From contig JAZNAU010000004.1 of NCBI GenBank assembly GCA_045586685.1, forward strand, positions 1 through 18,861: DNA of 18,861 bases, given 5' to 3'. Each line of letters begins with the position of its first letter. Position 1 is the stretch's first letter. The notes beneath the pieces are model-generated. The model was not told where the DNA came from, ran no database searches, and worked only from the letters and a program-made list of their open reading frames with translations. The position numbers and the translations under genes are program-made. Below are positions 9,657-16,312 of this stretch, piece by piece. The stretch is from Clostridia bacterium. Lineage in GTDB: Bacteria > Bacillota > Clostridia > HGM11514.

Positions 9657-10322
9657 TTACAGTTTCTTCCGGACAAGGTTCAGTACAGTTGCTATGGATT
9701 GCTCCAAAGTCAGTTCAGTCGTATCCACCAAAACCGCATCCTCCGCTTGTTTCAAAGGAGCTACTGCTCTGCCGGAATCCTGCTTGTCGCGGTACTCAAT
9801 ATCTTTTAAAACTTGAGAAAACTCAATTTGCTGGCCTTTTTCAGTCAGTTCCTTGCAACGGCGCTCTGCACGTGCATGAGCAGATGCTGTTAAAAACAGC
9901 TTCACCTCTGCATCAGGAAGTACAACCGTGCCGATGTCACGACCGTCCATTACCACATTTTCCTGTTCTGCAATAGTTCTCTGTTGAGTGAGCAATGCTG
10001 CCCTTACCGCAGGAATTGCAGAAACATCAGATGCGGCAACAGAAGCCTCCGGAGTTCGAATTGCTTCGCTTACATCCTCGCCGTTCAACAAAATCCGCTG
10101 AACACCGTTTTCGTATCGTAACCTTAGTTCAATTTTGGGAAGCAATTTCTCAATCTCAGGGATTTGCTCTTTAATTACGATTCCCTGTCTTAAGGCAGCC
10201 AGACCGATTGCCCGATACATTGCTCCTGTATCCACATAAATCCAACCTAATTCTTTTGCTACAGCCTTTGCAATGGTGCTTTTTCCTGCACCTGCAGGAC
10301 CATCAATCGCAATTTTCGCCAT
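9657..10322 (-). CDS. cmk: Cytidylate kinase
   Basis: IAIDGPAGAGKST, YVDTGAMYR, VMDGRDIGTVV, RDKQDSGR. RBS GGAGG; promoter TTGCGT (10416-10421)-17-TATAAT (10393-10398). Confidence 0.96.
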   Translation of the reverse strand: MAKIAIDGPAGAGKSTIAKAVAKELGWIYVDTGAMYRAIGLAALRQGIVIKEQIPEIEKLLPKIELRLRYENGVQRILLNGEDVSEAIRTPEASVAASDVSAIPAVRAALLTQQRTIAEQENVVMDGRDIGTVVLPDAEVKLFLTASAHARAERRCKELTEKGQQIEFSQVLKDIEYRDKQDSGRAVAPLKQAEDAVLVDTTELTLEQSIATVLNLVRKKL

Positions 10323-10426
10323 AACTCACTTTAGCCTCCGAAAAATAACAGATATTTTGTCAAAACAAGTTTTAAAATTACCGTGCCGTTCTATTATACA
10401 ACATTTTTTTAAAAAACGCAAGTAGT

Positions 10427-10852
10427 TTATTGAAATAAAATCCGTCCAATATAAAAAATTTCTTCTTTTCCTTCCACTTTTACATTCAGATTTTTACGTT
10501 CTATAAAATCCGAAAGCCCAGTAACCGCAACAGTTACAGTGTGATCTACGCCTTCCTTTTTTATCTGAATCAAACTGTACTCCTGTACAGAAATTGTAAT
10601 CTTTTTGTTATAAAAACTTTGTAGTTTTTTTCCATTTACCAACAAAAAAACCCCCGGTTCGGGTCGGTCGGTTTCCAATGTAAGTTGTGCTGTTCTTTCT
10701 GCTACACTCAGACCCGCTGCTCCTTCAAACAAATCAGCATTTGTAAAAACAGAGCGGGTATCCGGTCGCAGTAAAAACATCTGTGCCAATACAACCGCTC
10801 CTAATAACAGCAAAACTCCGCTTACAGCCATCTGTTCTCCAATTTTTTTCAT
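10427..10852 (-). CDS. Hypothetical protein with an N-terminal membrane anchor and a beta-rich extracytoplasmic domain
   Basis: MKK plus a hydrophobic stretch, RBS AAGGTG; fills the gap between cmk and cimA. No family recognised with confidence. Confidence 0.7.
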   Translation of the reverse strand: MKKIGEQMAVSGVLLLLGAVVLAQMFLLRPDTRSVFTNADLFEGAAGLSVAERTAQLTLETDRPEPGVFLLVNGKKLQSFYNKKITISVQEYSLIQIKKEGVDHTVTVAVTGLSDFIERKNLNVKVEGKEEIFYIGRILFQ

Positions 10853-10912
10853 TTTCTTTCACCTTTTTTATTGTTACTATACGCAAAATCTCCTTTTTTC
10901 ATACAATTTTGG

Positions 10913-10941
10913 TGGACAAGAGATAAAATGTATGCTATAAT
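10913..10941 (+). promoter_or_regulatory. sigma-A promoter of cimA
   Basis: TGGACA (10913-10918), 17 nt, TATAAT (10936-10941), extended TG; RBS GAGGTG before the ATG at 10965. Confidence 0.75.
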
Positions 10942-10964
10942 AAAGCTATTAAAGAGGTGAGCCA

Positions 10965-12521
10965 ATGAAAAAAATTCAATTTTTTGATTCGACTCTGCGG
11001 GACGGAGCACAGAGCGAAGGAATATCTTTTTCTGTACAAGACAAACTTCATATTTTAAAAACATTAGATCAATTCGGAATTTCATATATTGAAGGCGGAA
11101 ATCCCTCCTCCAATCCTAAGGACATGGAATTTTTTCAACGTGCAAAAGAAATTCCGTTACATAATGCGAAGCTTTGTGCCTTTGGCAGCACCGTCCGAAA
11201 AGGTATGATGCCCGGCGAGGACGAAGGAATACAAAAACTGATAGACGCACAAACTCCGGTTGTAGTTATTTTTGGAAAAGCATCCGTTTCGCAAGTAACC
11301 ACGGTGCTTGGAATAACACCGAAAGAAAATTTACAGTTGGTAATCGACTCTATTCTTTTTCTAAAGGCAAAGGGAAAAGAGGTTATATTTGACGCTGAGC
11401 ATTTTTTTGACGGCTACCAAGAAAATCCTGAGTATGCCATACAGGTCCTTCGGACGGCTGCAAATGCAGGTGTTGATCATTTATGCCTATGCGACACCAG
11501 CGGTGGCAGTCTTCCCCATACGATATATGAAATCACCGAATCTGTATGCAGTCAATTTGTGATTCCCGTTGGAATTCATACACACAACGATAGTGGATGC
11601 GGTGTTGCCAATTCCTTAGAAGCCGTTCGGGCTGGTGCCAGCATGGTACAGGGAACTTTTTTAGGATACGGAGAACGATGCGGAAACGCAAATTTAAGTA
11701 TTATCATTCCCAATCTTCAATTAAAATATGGAATTGATTGCGGTTATCATTTAAAAAGCTTGACCAAAACCGCAGCAACGATTGCAGAAGTATCCAATAT
11801 TTCCCTACCTCACAATGCACCATATACCGGCCGAAGTGCCTTTGCCCACAAAGCAGGAATGCACGCAGACGGAGTACAAAAGGTATCTTCCTCTTTTGAG
11901 CACATTGACCCATCTGTTGTAGGAAATAAACGAAAATTTTTGTTATCCGAATTTGCAGGAAGAACCACCTTGCTCAATAAGTTAAAAACCATTGCTCCCG
12001 GTTTTTCCAAGCAATCTCCTGAAATTGCGAAGTTGATGGATCGGATTAAAGAAATGGAGCATGAAGGATACCAGTTTGAGGGTGCGGACGCCAGTTTTGA
12101 ATTACTGGTAAAAAAATTCTTAGGACAGTTTACTCCCCATTTTCAAGTTCTGCTTTATAAAACAATGGGCGAATTAACCTACAATAAAGAAGCGAAGCAG
12201 TCCTCTGCCATGATTCACATTGCAGTAGACGGAAAAGAGGAAATTACCGCAGCATTAGGAAACGGTCCTGTAAACGCATTGGATAAAGCTCTCAGAAAAG
12301 CTCTGATGGTATTTTATCCTCAAATAAAAGAGGTTTACCTGATTGACTACAAAGTTCGTGTATTTGACACTGAAAAAGCAACAGAAAGCCGCGTCCGTGT
12401 TCTGATTGAATCTACCAACGGAAAAGAAACATGGACAACCGTAGGTATTTCTACCGACATTATTGAAGCCAGTTGGAATGCTCTTGTAGATTCCATGGAA
12501 TACATCCTGCAAGAAAATTAA
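10965..12521 (+). CDS. cimA: Citramalate synthase (DRE-TIM LeuA/CimA family)
   Basis: DSTLRDGAQSEG, FDAEHFFDGY, HTHNDSG, GYGERCGN, HKAGMHADGV and a C-terminal regulatory domain (GNGPVNALD, DYKVRV). RDGAQ and DAEHFFDG favour bacterial CimA over LeuA. Confidence 0.87.
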   Translation: MKKIQFFDSTLRDGAQSEGISFSVQDKLHILKTLDQFGISYIEGGNPSSNPKDMEFFQRAKEIPLHNAKLCAFGSTVRKGMMPGEDEGIQKLIDAQTPVVVIFGKASVSQVTTVLGITPKENLQLVIDSILFLKAKGKEVIFDAEHFFDGYQENPEYAIQVLRTAANAGVDHLCLCDTSGGSLPHTIYEITESVCSQFVIPVGIHTHNDSGCGVANSLEAVRAGASMVQGTFLGYGERCGNANLSIIIPNLQLKYGIDCGYHLKSLTKTAATIAEVSNISLPHNAPYTGRSAFAHKAGMHADGVQKVSSSFEHIDPSVVGNKRKFLLSEFAGRTTLLNKLKTIAPGFSKQSPEIAKLMDRIKEMEHEGYQFEGADASFELLVKKFLGQFTPHFQVLLYKTMGELTYNKEAKQSSAMIHIAVDGKEEITAALGNGPVNALDKALRKALMVFYPQIKEVYLIDYKVRVFDTEKATESRVRVLIESTNGKETWTTVGISTDIIEASWNALVDSMEYILQEN

Positions 12522-12604
12522 ATTGCATAGTGCTTCATAAACCAGAACCACCACAGAACAAATAAAATCATAAAAAACATAAAAAGAAAATACTGTTTTT
12601 TCAT
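12518..12604 (-). CDS. Candidate 28-aa hydrophobic peptide MKKQYFLFMFFMILFVLWWFWFMKHYAI
   Basis: Translated by hand; below the ORF-track cutoff. ATG at 12604, TAA at 12518-12520. A GGGGGT SD-like element ends 6 nt upstream, inside a hairpin arm. Confidence 0.4.
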   Translation of the reverse strand: MKKQYFLFMFFMILFVLWWFWFMKHYAI

Positions 12605-12647
12605 AAAAATACCCCCGATGCAATCTATGCAATCGGGGGTTTGTTTT
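12605..12647. terminator. Bidirectional terminator-like hairpin between convergent units
   Basis: Stem ACCCCCGAT (12611-12619)/ATCGGGGGT (12632-12640), with T-rich tails in both directions. Confidence 0.8.
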
Positions 12648-12657
12648 ATGATTTGTA

Positions 12658-12940
12658 TTATTCAACAATTTTAATCGCTTTGATAATGCCATCAATAATA
12701 TCAGCATTTTCAACAGAATCCCAAACGGGTGCTTCATCACTGATAATAATCAACCCCTTATCATCCCAGAACACATTTTTTCCAAGAGATTCGGAAATCA
12801 CTCTCAAAGGAACCATGGTACGGTCTCTCATAGTGAAAGCTTCCACATCCATTTTCTTGCTTTCTCCATGCGCATGGTTTCTGAATCCAAATCTATCAAC
12901 ACTGTTCTGTTCCGCTTCATAATAGAAATTCAGTGCATGA
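12658..12940 (-). pseudogene. Remnant of a copper amine oxidase N-terminal-like (stalk) domain protein
   Basis: GESKKMDVEAFTMRDRTMVPLRVISESLGKNVFWD is a typical stalk motif. Upstream RTVLIDLDSETMR is in another frame (shift near 12870); no signal peptide or N-terminus. Confidence 0.65.
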
Positions 12941-12948
12941 CAAAAGGA

Positions 12949-13674
12949 TTATTCTTCCCCTTCCTCTGCTTCCCTATGCAATTTTTCAAAATAAAAGGTT
13001 GCAATGGAAGGATACTGATTGATTGCATTTTTCCCTTCCTCTGTCAAACAATACACTCCCCTTTGGGGTTGTTCAAACCAACCGTAATAATTTCGCCGAA
13101 GCATTGCAGAAACCTTGGCTTGTTCCATTTCAATCAAAACTGCCAGTTCTTTTGCGGAACCGCTCCCCATCTCAGATAATGCACAGCATAGAAATAATGC
13201 CTGTTCTCTGTATGCTGTCATGATCTTCGTCCCTGAGCTTCCACCCTGATTGATGTTGAACTGCCGTAATTCTAATTCTTTTTCCAGTGCGTTTCTTTTT
13301 TTCTTTCCCGTAGTCAAAACTTGTTTCAAATTCAAAGGCTGAGGGTGTAAAGCCACCTCTACTAACTGTTTTTCAGGACTAACAAAAAGAAGTCCCAATT
13401 CCAAACGTCTGAGCAAATGCAGTAATTCCTTATGCTTTTTATCATACTTATAACGGGTAGGCTTTGGAATTGCCACATAAACATCTGCCCCTAATTTTTG
13501 ACGCTGTACAGCCTGAGTCAAAAGTCTGACAGAAAGATTCCGTTTCAGTTCCACGATAACCAAATCTTCCCCTTTTTGACCCACTACATCGCAATCCTTC
13601 ACCTCTGCCTGCACCTGAAATCCCAAATCCTCTAAAAATAATTTTACACTTTCATATAATTCTTTTTCAAGCAT
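12949..13674 (-). CDS. DUF2161-family putative PD-(D/E)XK nuclease/phosphodiesterase
   Basis: E.ELY..VK.FLE..GF.V.AEVKDCDVVG...VIVELK, QAVQRQ, LLRRLELGLL, GGS...IMTAYRE.AL, NYYGWFE...RGVY.LT. Start revised to the ATG at 13674 (RBS GGAGG). Confidence 0.85.
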   Translation of the reverse strand: MLEKELYESVKLFLEDLGFQVQAEVKDCDVVGQKGEDLVIVELKRNLSVRLLTQAVQRQKLGADVYVAIPKPTRYKYDKKHKELLHLLRRLELGLLFVSPEKQLVEVALHPQPLNLKQVLTTGKKKRNALEKELELRQFNINQGGSSGTKIMTAYREQALFLCCALSEMGSGSAKELAVLIEMEQAKVSAMLRRNYYGWFEQPQRGVYCLTEEGKNAINQYPSIATFYFEKLHREAEEGEE

Positions 13675-13691
13675 TTGCCCATCCTCCAAAC

Positions 13692-13727
13692 AAAAACACT
13701 CCAAAAGCAGGTTGCTTTCAGAGTGTT
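13692..13727 (-). terminator. Terminator after prsA
   Basis: Outer stem AACACTC/GAGTGTT and inner stem AAAGCA/TGCTTT, followed by TTTTGTTT on the minus strand. Confidence 0.7.
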
Positions 13728-13737
13728 GTTGGCATTT

Positions 13738-14937
13738 TTATTCAGCCGCAGATTCTTCAACTTCTTCAGTTGCTTCTTCTTCGGGTACAGCTGCTTCATC
13801 ATCAGCTGTTTCGGATTCTGCAGCAGCCTGTTCTTCCTGCATCTTCGCGTATTCTTCTTCGATGACTGCAGAAGCTTCTTCGTAATCCTTTTCATATTGT
13901 TCCACTACTGCTTTTACATCAATCTTGTCATAAGCCGAGGTTGTTTTCACATCTGCTGCTGCTTTATATTCATCCAACTTTTCTATAAACATGTCGCTCA
14001 TAACCATGTTTTTTGCATTTTCTGCATAGGTGTCATAATCAGCATCAGTCAAAGCTTCTCTCTTAATGATATGCATACCATAGGAAGTGATAACAGGTTC
14101 ACTGACTGCACCAACCTCAAGAGCTTTTGTTCCTTCATAGAATTCCGTAACCATTTCACCTTCGGCAAATACATAACCTTCAGGACTGCCTTCCATACCG
14201 GGATCTTCTCCATATTCCTTCACAAGGTCGTCAAAGTTTTCACCGGCTTTAATTTTGTCCTGAATTTCTGTAACCAAAGCCTGCTTTTCTTTCAAAGCTT
14301 CTCCCTCCAGCATAGCACCGGTTGCAGCATCCTGAGTAGAAATCAGAATATGCTTTGCCTTCAGATAATTTTCATTAAAATATTCCTTTGCTTCGGCATT
14401 GATGGTTTCTTCATCCAAACCCTCGGTAAAGTTCGCATACAACTTTTGAGAATATAAACTCAGTGTCATCAAATTCGTGAAAACTTCTTCTGTAAAACCT
14501 GCAGCCTTCATTTGTGCTTCATACATAACTTTCCCATAAGAATCCAGCATGCTCTGTTTTTGAGAGTCAATGGTTTCCTGATCCTCATCTGTTAGTTTCA
14601 GCCCCAGTTTTTCCGCCTCAATTTTATAAATATGGAATTCAACCGCTGCATCCATTGCTTTTTCTAAAGCAACTTCTTCAGCTGTTTTACCGTCTTCCCC
14701 TTCCAGCTCAGTGCTCCAAAAGTCTTTAGCAAGCTCACCGGTTACAGCATCAGCATGTTCAGTTTTAAGCTGAGATGCAGCCTGAATCAGGAAGTAATTC
14801 AGTTCATCCATTGTAATATCTTCTCCGTTTACGGTTGCAACAACCTCAGAAGAAGAAGTTCCCCCGCCGTTACCGCATGCCCCAAACATAAATGCAACAA
14901 CAAGACAGAGAGTGAAAGCAAAAATTCTTTTCTTCAT
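13738..14937 (-). CDS. prsA: PrsA-like parvulin peptidyl-prolyl isomerase lipoprotein (foldase)
   Basis: Lipobox FGAC, VVATVNGEDIT, KAKHILIS, GENFDDLVKEYGED, MVTEF, SEPVITSYGMHIIKR, acidic C-tail. RBS AAGGAGG; promoter TTGAAG (14999-15004)-17-TATAAT (14976-14981). Confidence 0.88.
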   Translation of the reverse strand: MKKRIFAFTLCLVVAFMFGACGNGGGTSSSEVVATVNGEDITMDELNYFLIQAASQLKTEHADAVTGELAKDFWSTELEGEDGKTAEEVALEKAMDAAVEFHIYKIEAEKLGLKLTDEDQETIDSQKQSMLDSYGKVMYEAQMKAAGFTEEVFTNLMTLSLYSQKLYANFTEGLDEETINAEAKEYFNENYLKAKHILISTQDAATGAMLEGEALKEKQALVTEIQDKIKAGENFDDLVKEYGEDPGMEGSPEGYVFAEGEMVTEFYEGTKALEVGAVSEPVITSYGMHIIKREALTDADYDTYAENAKNMVMSDMFIEKLDEYKAAADVKTTSAYDKIDVKAVVEQYEKDYEEASAVIEEEYAKMQEEQAAAESETADDEAAVPEEEATEEVEESAAE

Positions 14938-15067
14938 ACTCTTTCAATTCCTCCTTAAAAAATTAGATTGTATATATTATACTACATTTTTGTACAAACT
15001 TCAAGCATCAAATTGTCTGTAATATAATTGTAACATTTTAAACAATGTACTATTTACGGATTTTCTA

Positions 15068-16171
15068 TCATTTAATTATATAATACAATCCCAGTAATTG
15101 TACAAGAAAGAAAAGATTTCCCAAGGTAAAATATAGTAAATAGATACTTTTTCTTTCAATTTGACCTACGTATTTAAAGGAAATTAGGCTTGCCATAGAA
15201 GCAATCAACGTGCCCAAGCCCCCTAAATTAGTGCCAATTAACAACTCATTCCAATTATTAGTAAATCCCGACAATAAAAGCGCCGTCGGAACATTGCTAA
15301 TTATTTGACTGGCAACAATACTGGAAAGCACCACCTTATCTTCCACCACCCATTCCAAAAAGCGACGGAATAATTCCATACGTCCCATATTTCCAACAAA
15401 AATAAAAAAAGCAAAAAAGGTAAGCAATAAAGAATAGTCTACACCCTTTAATGTCTTTCTGTCCCATACCGCCACCGTTAAAAGCAGTACAATAAGCAAC
15501 CATTTATAATCTAAAATATTTGCAACTGTTAACAAACAAAGGCAGAACAAGATACCATAAAATAAAATTTGTTTTTTTCTTGCAATGATGATATCTGAAC
15601 TTTGATTGATCTGTAATTCATTCCCTTTTCCTTGGACAAAAATCCAAACGACCAAAAGCATGAGAGAGACCGCAGTGTAAGGCAAAAGTAATTTTACAAA
15701 GTTTATCAAAGACATTCCCGATTGACTGTAAAGATACAAATTTTGAGGATTTCCAATGGGTGTAAGCATACTTCCCAAATTTGCAGAAATTGTTTCCATA
15801 ACGACAAGCGAAATGATTCGCTTTTTACTGCCTAACAGATTGAAGATGGTAAGGCTGAAGGGTACAAACGTGATCAGTGCCACATCGTTGGTAATCAGCA
15901 TAGAGGAAAAGAAACAAAGCAATACCAGAAGTAAAACCAAACCTCGTTCTGTTTTTACCCGTTTCACTAACTTTTCTGCAACAAACCGAAATATGCCTAA
16001 TTGTTGTAATCCTGTCATCACCGTCATCAGGCAAAAGAGCAAGCTCAAAGTGCGAAAATCTATGTATCCCAAATAGCTTTTGTCAGGTGTGATAAAAAAA
16101 CAGGAGATCACCGCCAAAATACTTGCAATACATAGTACAGATTCCTCTTTTAACAATCGAACAAACTTCAT
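15068..16171 (-). CDS. Ion-transporter (IT) superfamily anion permease (SLC13/ArsB/CitMHS-like)
   Basis: SMLITNDVALITFVP, ANLGSMLTPIGNPQNL, SQIISNVP, GTNLGGLGTLIASMASLIS. Start is probably the ATG at 16171 (RBS GAGGGT) rather than 16207. Substrate unknown. Confidence 0.85.
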   Translation of the reverse strand: MKFVRLLKEESVLCIASILAVISCFFITPDKSYLGYIDFRTLSLLFCLMTVMTGLQQLGIFRFVAEKLVKRVKTERGLVLLLVLLCFFSSMLITNDVALITFVPFSLTIFNLLGSKKRIISLVVMETISANLGSMLTPIGNPQNLYLYSQSGMSLINFVKLLLPYTAVSLMLLVVWIFVQGKGNELQINQSSDIIIARKKQILFYGILFCLCLLTVANILDYKWLLIVLLLTVAVWDRKTLKGVDYSLLLTFFAFFIFVGNMGRMELFRRFLEWVVEDKVVLSSIVASQIISNVPTALLLSGFTNNWNELLIGTNLGGLGTLIASMASLISFKYVGQIERKSIYLLYFTLGNLFFLVQLLGLYYIIK

Positions 16172-16312
16172 ATTATATCGTACCCTCTTCTTTAGTGTTT
16201 TTGTCAATCATCTGTTTGCAATTCTATCATACGTAATCACTTCGGGAATTATAGGAACATCCCGCTGTTTTCACCCAATTTCTCCACGCAATTTTTATAG
16301 TAATATGAAAAT

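Noticed and set aside
10849-11085. 78-aa minus ORF overlapping the cimA start
   Set aside because: Overlaps cimA and both divergent promoters; no RBS or protein-like features.
12255-12740. 161-aa minus ORF spanning the cimA end and the hairpin
   Set aside because: Runs through a terminator and antisense into cimA; no coherent protein signal.
13675-14457. 260-aa + strand ORF antisense to prsA
   Set aside because: Phe/Cys/Ser-rich mirror of the Glu/Ala-rich biased codons of prsA; no RBS or recognisable domain.
16172-16207. TTGACA and TATAAT upstream of the permease as a promoter
   Set aside because: The spacer is about 25 nt, too long for sigma-A.
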